DNA of 64,000 nucleotides from assembly GCA_024239035.1 (NCBI GenBank), contig JANBVK010000001.1:235010-299009 (forward strand), given 5' to 3'. Made by a program: the position numbers and the translations under genes. Within the stretch, counting starts at the first letter, position 1. Every line of letters begins with the position of its first letter. Below the pieces are notes generated by a model, which searched no databases, had not been told where the DNA came from, and was given only the letters and a program-made list of their open reading frames with translations. Positions 1 to 10,930 of this stretch are shown in pieces. Source of the DNA: Patescibacteria group bacterium (GTDB taxonomy: Bacteria; Patescibacteriota; Minisyncoccia; UBA6257; GWB1-50-10).

Positions 1-605
1 AAGTGAATATCTGATGCCCGTGAAGAAAAGGCATAAGATAGTAAATTATCAACAATGGCAACAACGGGCAGGTCGGCTGCAGCTTCTTCAAGATCACCTT
101 TACTAGCTTTTATCTTTAAAGATTCTTTAATACTCCCCTCTATGATTTCCTTAAAATCTTGAGTAAGTTTCTGCTCGTAAAGAGAAAAGCCTCTATTAAG
201 GTCTTCGTCGGTAGCTAAGAATGGTTTTATAGGGCCTCCCAATCTCAGTTTCAAAAAATCAATCGTTTCAAGATTAGTTGGATCTTCCATAGCCACATCA
301 AACTTCCCATCGGGCTCGCGGCCGAAAACAATAACTTTCCTGTGCCTCGCCGCATCCTCGGTCAAAAGGTGTAGAACTTTCTCGTCAATCTTAACCGTCC
401 CTAAATTCACCCGTTCAACGCCCAAAGACTTAGCAATGAGGATGTATAGGTAATCCTTATTAATAAGTCCTTGAGAAACTAACACGTCAGCTAAATTCTG
501 ACGTTTCCGTTTGGCCTCTGTAAAGAGCTTATCAAACGTATCCGAATCAATAATACCTTGCTTAATTAAAATTTCCTTAAGTTTTTGCGGGGGGAGAGAA
601 ATCAT
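1..605 (-). CDS. pilB: Type IV pilus/type II secretion ATPase PilB/GspE, N-terminal part (runs off the window)
   Basis: Manual translation from ATG at 605: MISLPPQKLKEILIKQGII...FDVAMEDPTNLETIDFL...LPVVAIVDNLLSYAFSSRASDIH; AMEDP and ASDIH motifs; near a pilin gene. Confidence 0.85.
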   Translation of the reverse strand, partial: MISLPPQKLKEILIKQGIIDSDTFDKLFTEAKRKRQNLADVLVSQGLINKDYLYILIAKSLGVERVNLGTVKIDEKVLHLLTEDAARHRKVIVFGREPDGKFDVAMEDPTNLETIDFLKLRLGGPIKPFLATDEDLNRGFSLYEQKLTQDFKEIIEGSIKESLKIKASKGDLEEAAADLPVVAIVDNLLSYAFSSRASDIH

Positions 606-1225
606 GCCATTTTTGTAATTATAACCAATATCGCGACCGGCAGCCACAGCCAGTATAATGAGAACCTGCGGTTTTCTTTGGTAATCAGTAACTGGTAACT
701 GGTAACTAGAGAGGCCATTAAAAGAAGGGTAATAATGTAATATATCCAAACATAACCCCACGCAGGATTTCCTAAAATAAAAACAGCAAGAGCGCCCAAG
801 TATGGCTCCTCGTCTTCAAAAAATCTTCTTTTAAATTTTATATTAAGGCGGCTAGCTAATACTAATAACAGAAGTGCTACCGCAAGAGATACAAGATAAT
901 AAAGCCCAAAACGGGTGAAATGATAACCAAACACATAGGCGATACTTTGATGAGGAGGCACTAAGAGTTGAGTGAAAGAGCCACCGTCCCGCCAGGCAAT
1001 ATACTGGGCATAAACGAGGTAAAAATAATAAGTGAATATGAACGCAACGGAAATCCAGAAAAGATATTTAAAAATCCTATACGCCTTACTTGTCCTGCCT
1101 GCCCCGAGTTTCGTTGAGGGGAGCTGCGTCGAAGGACCTGCTCCGAACCGCCTCAAAAATAACTGCACAACAAATCCCCCGCCCAAAACCGCAAAAGAGA
1201 ATATCTCAATAAGCATCCACTTCAT
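602..1225 (-). CDS. Polytopic membrane protein in pil locus (possibly degenerate prepilin-peptidase-like)
   Basis: 207 aa, about 5 hydrophobic segments, between pilin and pilB. Confidence 0.6.
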   Translation of the reverse strand: MKWMLIEIFSFAVLGGGFVVQLFLRRFGAGPSTQLPSTKLGAGRTSKAYRIFKYLFWISVAFIFTYYFYLVYAQYIAWRDGGSFTQLLVPPHQSIAYVFGYHFTRFGLYYLVSLAVALLLLVLASRLNIKFKRRFFEDEEPYLGALAVFILGNPAWGYVWIYYIITLLLMASLVTSYQLLITKENRRFSLYWLWLPVAILVIITKMA

Positions 1226-1284
1226 TATATATCAAAAAGCGCCGGACTCCCGGCGCTTTTTAGTTTAAAAATTAAGACAAAAAT

Positions 1285-1860
1285 CTATATATTAAGGTCA
1301 CTCCCCACTTCATAGATGTTAGGATCGCTTCCACCATCCGTACCCTCCACATCAGAACCTCCGCCCGCAAACTTCGTGCTCTCCATCGTAGCACCTAACT
1401 CGTAGTTAGTGCCATTACAGGCAAAAGAGTAAAAACACCTCTCATCGGTAGCCCCACAATTAGTGGATCCTTGAGTGGCAATGGGATCAACTGGAAGCCG
1501 GGATAGCGGTGAACCGCTCGAGATGTCAAGGAAATCAACCCCAACCCAGCCGACACCATCAACGGTCGTCGAAGCATTAGTGGTGCAGGTTGCCTCAGCT
1601 CTTCCTGCTGTCCCAAAAGTGCAGCGCTCGGTAGCCGAAGAACAGGCCTGACCATCCGCCCCATCAAGTCCGGGGGTTGCTACATCAGCAAGGTAAAGCG
1701 AGACTGCACTGTTTAACGCCGCCATGTCAGAAATCCTTGTTGAATCCCGCGCCTGCTTAATAAGTTCGGCGGGGTTAATAACTAAAATCACCGCCGTAGC
1801 CAAGACAGCAACAATCGCAATAACAACTAAAAGCTCAATAAGAGTAAATCCTTTCTTCAT
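1285..1860 (-). CDS. Type IV pilin (prepilin N-terminal methylation motif)
   Basis: MKKG|FTLIELLVVIAIVAVLA class III signal; Cys pairs in head domain. Confidence 0.92.
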   Translation of the reverse strand: MKKGFTLIELLVVIAIVAVLATAVILVINPAELIKQARDSTRISDMAALNSAVSLYLADVATPGLDGADGQACSSATERCTFGTAGRAEATCTTNASTTVDGVGWVGVDFLDISSGSPLSRLPVDPIATQGSTNCGATDERCFYSFACNGTNYELGATMESTKFAGGGSDVEGTDGGSDPNIYEVGSDLNI

Positions 1861-1931
1861 TGCTATTTTATTTATTGTATCATAATCAGCATCTCCAATG
1901 CCAAGAAGTTATCCACAAGAACCGGCAGACA

Positions 1932-2309
1932 TCAAACAGCAAGAAAACCTTTCACTTTCTTCACCAAATCTTCAATTGACATTTTGGCCTTAACAAAATA
2001 ACCGATTGCTCCCAACACCTGACCTTTCTCAACGTCACTCTCCTGACCTAAGTTGGAGATAATAACTATCGGCGCCTGATTATAGGAAGGATCATCTTTC
2101 AGGATTTCCATCAACTCAAACCCCGATACCTTCGGCAAGATAATATCCAAAAGGACCAAGTCGGGCTTGATACTTTTTAAAACTTTTAATGCCTCCTCGC
2201 CATCTCTGGCTAAGTTAACAATAAACTTCTCCTTTTCCAGCCGTTGCTTAAGGAGATTACCTAAAAGCGGTTCATCTTCAACTAAAAGGATGGTTTTTTG
2301 ATCTGGCAT
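1932..2309 (-). CDS. Single-domain response regulator (receiver)
   Basis: ILLVEDE, DLVLLDIILPKVSG, YFVK receiver motifs. Confidence 0.92.
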   Translation of the reverse strand: MPDQKTILLVEDEPLLGNLLKQRLEKEKFIVNLARDGEEALKVLKSIKPDLVLLDIILPKVSGFELMEILKDDPSYNQAPIVIISNLGQESDVEKGQVLGAIGYFVKAKMSIEDLVKKVKGFLAV

Positions 2310-2326
2310 TGACCTGATTATAACAT

Positions 2327-2413
2327 TTACCCCGTTAGAAATCCCCCTATCTATAGCAATAGTAGGGGGGGCAGCCTCGACATAATATCGGGGCTTGTTT
2401 CTGATTGGGGTAA
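2327..2413. repeat. Short inverted-repeat-bounded element (MITE/REP-like)
   Basis: ttaccccgttagaaa ... tttctgattggggtaa imperfect terminal IRs with internal hairpins. Confidence 0.45.
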
Positions 2414-2575
2414 GTTGAAAACTTTTTTAGTTGTCCCATACCCGCCATAGCTTTAGAGCGACGGCGGGGGCCACCTACTTAAAGGCTGAGTGGCCAACAC
2501 CTTCCGCCTTATCAGCGGAATCGACTCAAACTAACAAGAGGTTTTATAACGGCTGTTATAAACTTTATTAGTTTT

Positions 2576-4103
<1,528 letters not shown>

Positions 4104-4317
4104 AAATTGGGACAACTAAAAAAGTTTTCAATTCTGGTTCTCCGATTTCACAATATCGGAGGTATATTCATATTTTCAAGTAACATTCGGCTCAATCATA
4201 GTCAAAATAATACACCCACCTCACTCGACATGATCGACGTCTCAAGTGGGGTGGATGTACTAAACTCCAAAGTTCTCTCCAAATTTTACTATCTATGTAC
4301 TATCCATTGTTAGTTTC

Positions 4318-4345
4318 AGTATAGTGAGTCACCCGTGCTTGTCAA
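4318..4345 (-). promoter_or_regulatory. Sigma70-like promoter for the 16S gene
   Basis: TTGACA-N16-TATACT on the minus strand about 215 nt upstream of 16S. Confidence 0.65.
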
Positions 4346-4461
4346 TCCCCCACATAAGTACTTATTTTGTGGGGGGTCAACTCCCTAAAACCAAGGGTTT
4401 AGTTGAAAAATTCAGTCTCAGGTGCTAATATTCTTGCAATCTAAACTATGAAACCTAAACC

Positions 4462-4737
4462 ATGAAAAGTGATATTCACCCACAATATTACCCGAAGGCT
4501 AAAGTAAGCTGCGCCTGCGGAAACAAATTTACGGTTGGAGCCACCAAGTCGGAGATCAAAGTTGAGATCTGCAGCAAGTGCCACCCTTTCTATACCGGCT
4601 CACAAAAGCTTATTGACACTACTGGAAGAGTAGAACGGTTTAAAGCAAGGAAGGCGAAGGCTGCCACCAAGAACGAAAAGGCGCGAAAGAAGAGTACGCA
4701 AAAAAGTGCTAAAAAAAATCCGCGTAAATCCGCGTAG
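4462..4737 (+). CDS. rpmE: 50S ribosomal protein L31 (Zn-binding type)
   Basis: [31 protein letters not shown]. Confidence 0.97.
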   Translation: MKSDIHPQYYPKAKVSCACGNKFTVGATKSEIKVEICSKCHPFYTGSQKLIDTTGRVERFKARKAKAATKNEKARKKSTQKSAKKNPRKSA

Positions 4738-4755
4738 CTATCCGCGTTTATCCGC
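4718..4755 (+). repeat. Short tandem repeat (atccgcgt x4, imperfect)
   Basis: aatccgcgtaaatccgcgtagctatccgcgtttatccgc overlapping the rpmE stop. Confidence 0.7.
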
Positions 4756-4767
4756 TTCTATAAATTT

Positions 4768-5448
4768 ATGGAACTTAAAGTTAAAAACCGCATAATTCTT
4801 GGCAAAAAAGTAAAACACCTTCGCGACAAAGGTTTAATCCCTGCTGAACTCTTTGGTCACGGCGTAACGAACAAACACCTGGAGATTCCGGAGAAAGATC
4901 TTATAGATATTTATAAAAAAGCTGGCAGTCACACCATTATCCAGGTGATAACAGAGGAAGGAGAAAAAATACCAGCCCTGATTTCAGAGGTGCAACACCA
5001 TCCCTTATCAAGAAAGCCTCTTAATGTTGATCTCCACCAGATACGAATGGATGAAATTATTGAAACCGGAGTTCCAATTAAATTTAAAGGTGAAGCCCCT
5101 GTCGAGAAAAGTGGATTTTTTGTGATGAGGGTCTTAGATGAAATTGAAATTAAGGCACTGCCGGACAAGATTCCTCACTCTTTTGAAGTAGATCTGTCTA
5201 CTCTTAAAGAAGTTGGCCAGAGCATTAACGTAAACGACATTACTGTTCCTAAAGAAGTTAAAATATTAACTCCTGGAGAAACAGTTATCGCAACCGTAAC
5301 CGAACGCGAAAAAGAAGAAGAGGAAACTTCTTCCCCGGCCGCCGAGGCTACCGAGGTTACTGCTAAGACTACGCCCGAAACCACTGAAACGCCAAGTAAG
5401 CCTACTGAAGCGGAAAAGAAAAAAGAACCGGAGAAATCTAAAAAATAG
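4768..5448 (+). CDS. rplY: 50S ribosomal protein L25/CTC
   Basis: GKKVKHLRDKGLIPAELFG, VQHHP, IPHSFEVDLS; acidic tail. Confidence 0.93.
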   Translation: MELKVKNRIILGKKVKHLRDKGLIPAELFGHGVTNKHLEIPEKDLIDIYKKAGSHTIIQVITEEGEKIPALISEVQHHPLSRKPLNVDLHQIRMDEIIETGVPIKFKGEAPVEKSGFFVMRVLDEIEIKALPDKIPHSFEVDLSTLKEVGQSINVNDITVPKEVKILTPGETVIATVTEREKEEEETSSPAAEATEVTAKTTPETTETPSKPTEAEKKKEPEKSKK

Positions 5449-5490
5449 TTATTTCTGAAACGTTATCCGCCCCTGTGCTATTATATAAAT

Positions 5491-6948
5491 ATGAGAAGGA
5501 TGTTCGATATAGTTCCCAAACGCCCTAACCGCTTAAACTTCTCTTACTCCAAGCGGTTCTTTTTCCCCTTAAACGCTTTTATGAAAATCACGGTAGCCGT
5601 GCTGGTTCTTCTGCTTTTTACGGGTTCTGTGCAGGCACCGCAAGTAGCCTATTACACCCGCGCGGCCGAAAACGAGGATGGAGAAAACAATAAAACTACC
5701 CAAGAAGAACGGCTGGAACTGGAAAACAAACTCACTGAATTAGAACAGCAAATTGTTGAACACCAAAACACTATTGATGAATATAAGAGACAGGGTAAAA
5801 CTCTAAATAATGAAATCTACGCCCTGAATGCACAAATCGGTCAAATTAATCTCAAGATTAAAGCTATTGGCCTGAATCTTGAGAAACTTAACGTTGATAT
5901 AACCGACACGCAGGCGCAAATCAACCGAAGCGAAAACAAAATTGACAGCCACAAAGTCGCTCTTGGAAAAGGTGTCCGGGATCTCTACGAAGCTGACAAC
6001 GTTGGCCTCATTGAAATTCTCCTGGCTAACAACAGGCTCTCCGATTTCTTCGGCAACATCAATGATATTGCTCTCGTCCAAAATAACCTGCGAATAGACC
6101 TAACAGACATCATAAAACTTCGCCAGGAACTTCTCGAACAAAAACAAGAACTTGCGCTCGAAAAAGAAGATGTCGAAAATCTCAGGACTTACCGAGAATC
6201 CCAAAAACAGACAGTAGCTGTAACAAAGGGAAAGAAAGCAAATCTCCTGGACATAACAAAAGGTAAGGAATCCGAATATCAAAAACTACTCATAGAAACA
6301 AAGAAAACAGCAACTGAGATACGGGGCAGAATTTTTAAATTTCTCGGCGGCGGCGAGCTTACCTTTGAAGAAGCGTATGACTACGCACGCCTCGCAGAAG
6401 GCGCTACCGGCGTACGCGCGGCCTTAGTCCTTGCAATTCTTGACCGCGAATCACTCCTCGGCAAAAATGTAGGCCGCTGCGGTTATAAAACCGCCATGCA
6501 CCCAACGCGCGATATCCCCTATTTCCTCGATATGCTACGACGCTTGAATATTGACCCAGATTCAACCCTGGCAAAGGTATCCTGTCCCAATGCTCACGGT
6601 TCCTATGGTGGTGCTATGGGACCGGCACAATTCATCCCATCAACATGGGAGCTCTATGAAGATAGAGTCGCTAAAGTCACAGGAAACAACCCCGCAAACC
6701 CTTGGAATAATTCAGATGCGTTTGTCGCGACCGCGATCTACATTGAGGATCTTATCGGCTCATCAGGCTGCCAAAGTTACGGAGAAAAAAACAAACACAT
6801 CGTTCCGAAACAAACTCTTATTGAACGGTGCGCTGCTGCTAAGTACTATTCCGGGAAACGGTGGTATACCTACCGTTTCTGGTACGGCGAACCGGTGGTT
6901 ACAAAGGCAAACGAGTTTGAGGAAGATATTAAAATCTTAACTAGCTAG
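5491..6948 (+). CDS. Coiled-coil (PcsB-like) plus lytic murein transglycosylase (MltB/SLT_2-like)
   Basis: Signal/TM segment, long coiled coil, catalytic RES, GGAMGPAQFIPSTW, NPW..DA. Confidence 0.85.
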   Translation: MRRMFDIVPKRPNRLNFSYSKRFFFPLNAFMKITVAVLVLLLFTGSVQAPQVAYYTRAAENEDGENNKTTQEERLELENKLTELEQQIVEHQNTIDEYKRQGKTLNNEIYALNAQIGQINLKIKAIGLNLEKLNVDITDTQAQINRSENKIDSHKVALGKGVRDLYEADNVGLIEILLANNRLSDFFGNINDIALVQNNLRIDLTDIIKLRQELLEQKQELALEKEDVENLRTYRESQKQTVAVTKGKKANLLDITKGKESEYQKLLIETKKTATEIRGRIFKFLGGGELTFEEAYDYARLAEGATGVRAALVLAILDRESLLGKNVGRCGYKTAMHPTRDIPYFLDMLRRLNIDPDSTLAKVSCPNAHGSYGGAMGPAQFIPSTWELYEDRVAKVTGNNPANPWNNSDAFVATAIYIEDLIGSSGCQSYGEKNKHIVPKQTLIERCAAAKYYSGKRWYTYRFWYGEPVVTKANEFEEDIKILTS

Positions 6949-6951
6949 CAG

Positions 6952-7707
6952 CTACCCGCCGCTTTTCCGAAACGCTTTCACAATCGGCTCCAAGTTACCT
7001 TCCAAAATTTTCTCAATATTTCCCCATTTCTTCTTGATTCGGTGATCGGTGATCCGGTCTTGGGGAAAGTTATAAGTGCGGATCTTTTCCGCTCGTTCCG
7101 CAGAGCCAATCTGTTCTCTTCGAAGTGAACTTATCTCTTCCACTCCCGCAGACTGCTGAGCTTCATAAAGCTTCGCGCGCAAAATATTCATTGCTTGTTC
7201 CCGGTTTGCGCTCTGTGAACGCCCGGCTTGAGAAGAAACAGTTACACCTGTCGGAATGTGGCGAATTCGCACTGCGGTCTCAACTTTGTTTACGTTCTGT
7301 CCGCCCGGACCGGAAGACCGAAAAAAAGAAACTTCCAACTCATCCGGCTTAACTTGCACTTCCTTTGGTTCAACTACGGGTAGTACGGCAACAGAGGCGG
7401 TTGAAGTATGAATCCGTCCCGACTTTTCGGTTTCGGGGATGCGTTGCACCCGATGAACTCCAGATTCATTTTTCAAAATCTCGTAGAGATTTTGTCCTGA
7501 GCCTGTCGAAGGATTACTTATCTCCGCAACAAACGTTTTATATCCCCTGACCGAACTGGCGCTAGAATCCAAAACGGTAAAGCGCCACTCGCGCTTCGCG
7601 GCGTACTTCTGATACATACGCGCCAAATCCCCGGCAAAAAGCGACGCCTCTTCACCTCCGGTTCCGGCACGGATTTCTAGGATTATTCTGTTTATATTCT
7701 GTTCCAT
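6952..7707 (-). CDS. prfA: Peptide chain release factor 1, N-terminally shortened
   Basis: EIRAGTGGEEA, ESGVHRVQRIPETE (PxT), SGPGGQNVNK, IRTYNFPQDR. Confidence 0.9.
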   Translation of the reverse strand: MEQNINRIILEIRAGTGGEEASLFAGDLARMYQKYAAKREWRFTVLDSSASSVRGYKTFVAEISNPSTGSGQNLYEILKNESGVHRVQRIPETEKSGRIHTSTASVAVLPVVEPKEVQVKPDELEVSFFRSSGPGGQNVNKVETAVRIRHIPTGVTVSSQAGRSQSANREQAMNILRAKLYEAQQSAGVEEISSLRREQIGSAERAEKIRTYNFPQDRITDHRIKKKWGNIEKILEGNLEPIVKAFRKSGG

Positions 7708-7744
7708 AAAAGCAGTTTAAACATAAAGAAATTCTCAATTTAAG

Positions 7745-7780
7745 TTAACGGCTCAACGACACTCATCGTTGAGCCGTTAA
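7745..7780. terminator. 15-bp inverted repeat, probable terminator after fba
   Basis: ttaacggctcaacga-cactca-tcgttgagccgttaa. Confidence 0.6.
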
Positions 7781-7795
7781 CAAAGATCACGCTCA

Positions 7796-8677
7796 CTAAA
7801 GCTTATTAAACAACCTTAATCTGTTCTCTATCACTTTCTCCATCTTCTCAATAACTTCCGGCGTAAGTTTATAAGACGCTATTTCTTCTGGATTATTCTT
7901 GAGCGCTTCCTCAAAGCTTTTGCGCCAGGCGACACGCAATTCCGTAGAAATATGAATAATAGAAATTCCAGCATTAATTGCCGCGACAAAATCCTCATCA
8001 CTGACCCCCGATCCCCCATGCAAGACAAGCGGCACTTTCGCAGCGTCTTTAATCTCTCTAATGCGTTCTATCTGCAAGTTTGGGTTAGATGCGCCAGAGA
8101 GCATCCCATGAACGTTTCCCACCGCAGGCGCAAGCATGTCCACGCCGGTTTCCCTGACAAACTGCTCGGCCTGCTCGGGTGTAGGAAGATCTTCTAAACG
8201 AATCGCTGCGCCTTCTGGTAATTCTTTTAGGACTTTAGACGACTGACCGATATATCCCAATTCTCCCTCCACAACAATTTCGGGGTTGATTTTTTTCGCA
8301 ATCTGAACCGCCTTTTTCGTCTGTTGAACATTCTCCTCAAACGGTAATTTTCCTCCGTCAAATATAATTGAGTCATATCCAACCTCTGCTGCATCTTTAA
8401 CTTTATCTAATGAGTATGTATGATCTGCATTTAAAAAGAGCGTATACCCACTACCCTTAGCATGCTCTTTGTTATAGCTCGCAATCAAATCAACGCTGTG
8501 ATGAATGCCAAGAAATCCGCGTTCTCCTTCCGAGGTACCGATGATAACTGGTAACTGCAATCTCTCCGCCACGTGAGAGACAGCTTTCAACATCTCAAGA
8601 TTAGCAACATTAAAATGACCAACCGCTACTCTTTTCTTTTCCGCTTCTTTTATTATTTGGATTAAACTTTTTGTCAT
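7796..8677 (-). CDS. fba: Class II fructose-bisphosphate aldolase
   Basis: ADH, EGELG, AVGNVHG, LVLHGGSG. Confidence 0.93.
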   Translation of the reverse strand: MTKSLIQIIKEAEKKRVAVGHFNVANLEMLKAVSHVAERLQLPVIIGTSEGERGFLGIHHSVDLIASYNKEHAKGSGYTLFLNADHTYSLDKVKDAAEVGYDSIIFDGGKLPFEENVQQTKKAVQIAKKINPEIVVEGELGYIGQSSKVLKELPEGAAIRLEDLPTPEQAEQFVRETGVDMLAPAVGNVHGMLSGASNPNLQIERIREIKDAAKVPLVLHGGSGVSDEDFVAAINAGISIIHISTELRVAWRKSFEEALKNNPEEIASYKLTPEVIEKMEKVIENRLRLFNKL

Positions 8678-9913
8678 TTAAAATTTGATAATGCCTTTAT
8701 CAAAATTACACAAAAGAAGTTCTTCTGTTTTATCTTCGCCGCCCACGTAATCCTCAAAAATTCTCGTCCACATTGCTTCTCTTTGATGATAGGTGAAAAA
8801 TTTTTCCTTACCTTCCATAAAAGATACTAGCGACATTGCATTGTCTTCCAAATCAAAACTTACCAATTCTTCCCTCCCTCCGTCATCGAAGAGTCCTCCT
8901 ACCCAATCAAGGTCGTGCCATAACTCCAAATCAAGGTCATTCCGATCAAGGGCGAATTTGGCCAAATCCCGCTCGCCTCTTAACCAGTGCATGGACTCGG
9001 GGTTGACTCTCGGGAGAAACAAACGGGGGTCGGCAGGATTCTCCTTTGCTAAATATCGTTGAACAATGAGCCATTCGCCGACTCCTACTTTATTAGTTTC
9101 CAAAACGTCGCCTCGGAGAAGTTTTTTAAAACGCTCGGCGAAATTTTTTTCTTTGCTGTATCTCCTGAAAAGTTTGGAATAAAAGTCAATTTCATGGAAA
9201 TAATGCAAAAGCAGGGCAAAGTCCCGCAAAAACTTTCCGGGGACATCCTCTTTGATTGGATTTAAAAATATAACTCCAAACTCTTTTAAGTGACTGACGT
9301 TATGATGTTTTTTAGCGACGAATTTCTTACTCACGTCAAGCCATTTCGCTCCCAACATCTTAAGTTCAATTGGCCGTTCTTCGAAGTCGGATGCCTTAAA
9401 ACCGCTGTAAGCCTTTTCAAAAGTTTCGTGCATCCAATCGTTTGACTCAATGAATCTAAGAGCGCTGAATACCTCCAGAACATCCTCGTTCTTTATAAGC
9501 TCGTCAATCCCCTTGTAGCCGAGATAATCCAAAAGTTTTTGGGAAGGTCTCTCTTTCAAAATTTCCTTCAAGTAATCTTTCTTTAAAAAAAATCCGTCTG
9601 TAGCTGTTGATATTTTTTTAGCCAAACTCACGGATTTCTCAAATTCATTTGCGCCTGGAACGCCCGCTAAAAAACCAAAAAACTGCTTCTCGTGATTGAA
9701 AATTGTTTTCCGCAAAGCGCCGCGGACATGATTTGCTTCCATAATCTTTGAATTTATCTTATCGAGTGTTGAAGCAATGGTCCGCTCATTTAAATCGCAA
9801 AGTTTTTCCATAACACCCGAACGACCCGTTTTCTCGGACATCTTTCCGTCAAGTTCTTTTAACATTTGAGGATTGACCTCTAAAACTTTCGCGATTTTCT
9901 CTGCTGCAAACAT
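8678..9913 (-). CDS. Hypothetical protein, 411 aa, inside the sugar-metabolism run
   Basis: Long ORF abutting fba; HHNVSH and HYFHE motifs. Confidence 0.8.
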   Translation of the reverse strand: MFAAEKIAKVLEVNPQMLKELDGKMSEKTGRSGVMEKLCDLNERTIASTLDKINSKIMEANHVRGALRKTIFNHEKQFFGFLAGVPGANEFEKSVSLAKKISTATDGFFLKKDYLKEILKERPSQKLLDYLGYKGIDELIKNEDVLEVFSALRFIESNDWMHETFEKAYSGFKASDFEERPIELKMLGAKWLDVSKKFVAKKHHNVSHLKEFGVIFLNPIKEDVPGKFLRDFALLLHYFHEIDFYSKLFRRYSKEKNFAERFKKLLRGDVLETNKVGVGEWLIVQRYLAKENPADPRLFLPRVNPESMHWLRGERDLAKFALDRNDLDLELWHDLDWVGGLFDDGGREELVSFDLEDNAMSLVSFMEGKEKFFTYHQREAMWTRIFEDYVGGEDKTEELLLCNFDKGIIKF

Positions 9914-9915
9914 GT

Positions 9916-10920
9916 TTATACTGGATCAACGTCTAGGTCTAAATACTGCCAACGTTTCTTCTTAAAATCGCTCTTTCGTAAAATGCCCTCCTGCGCCCCA
10001 ATATGCTCAATAACCGAGGTGGCGTTTGCGCTTGCAAGTCGCAGAGCCCAACAAATATCTTTCTTTTGGATTAAACCAGCGACAAATGCTGAACCAAAGG
10101 CATCACCAGCTCCTGTCCGGTCAATAAGTTTTTTCTCTTTGAAAGTGCCGGCACGATAAAAATATTCTCCATCTGAGACAAATGATCCTCTGGCACCGTC
10201 GGTCATAATGGCTGTGCCGCCAACCATATCTTTAAATTTTTTGAAAATTTTCTTATCCCGCTTATAATCCAAACCTGTTAAATAAGATGCTTCCTCCCGG
10301 TTAATAACCACCACATCAAGACTTTTTAAGAGGGGTTTTAATTTTTGAGCACCCATTTTTAAATAATGTTTAGATGGGTTCATTGCAACCATTGTTCCCT
10401 TCTTCTTTAAATGGGAAATAATCGACTGAATTACGGTAATGGCAATGGTACCCGGTGAAATGTAAGCCCAGCGCGCTTTTAAACTTCTAATCGGTACTTC
10501 TTTTTTTTGAAAATCTCCTGAAGCTCCCCGGTAAACCAAAACGGTCCGCTCGCCTCCTGGTGTCAGAAGAATAGTTGAATAAGCCGTACCGGTTTTCTTG
10601 TCTTTCACGGCTATCGGCGTAACTTTTTCGTTTTTTAGTTCCTTAATTATTGTTTCACCAAACTCGTCACTACCCACTCTCACTAAGGCTGCTGTCCTGA
10701 AACCTTGCCGGCTAAAGGTGATAGAGGTATTAGCCGCCCCGCCGCCGAGGGCAAGGACGGGTTCGTCAATGTTAAGCTTCGTGCCCAACGCGAAACATTC
10801 TGCCTCACCGGTTTTAAAACCAATCTTTTTAAGATGTATTGGATCTCGTAAAACCTTAAAGAACGAGCTTTTCAAAAACACGTCTCGCGTCGCTGTACCT
10901 ATGGTTATTATGTCAAACAT
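9916..10920 (-). CDS. PfkB/ribokinase-family carbohydrate kinase
   Basis: GGGAAN, NREEA, DRTGAGDAF. Confidence 0.92.
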   Translation of the reverse strand: MFDIITIGTATRDVFLKSSFFKVLRDPIHLKKIGFKTGEAECFALGTKLNIDEPVLALGGGAANTSITFSRQGFRTAALVRVGSDEFGETIIKELKNEKVTPIAVKDKKTGTAYSTILLTPGGERTVLVYRGASGDFQKKEVPIRSLKARWAYISPGTIAITVIQSIISHLKKKGTMVAMNPSKHYLKMGAQKLKPLLKSLDVVVINREEASYLTGLDYKRDKKIFKKFKDMVGGTAIMTDGARGSFVSDGEYFYRAGTFKEKKLIDRTGAGDAFGSAFVAGLIQKKDICWALRLASANATSVIEHIGAQEGILRKSDFKKKRWQYLDLDVDPV

Positions 10921-10930
10921 AATTTATGAT

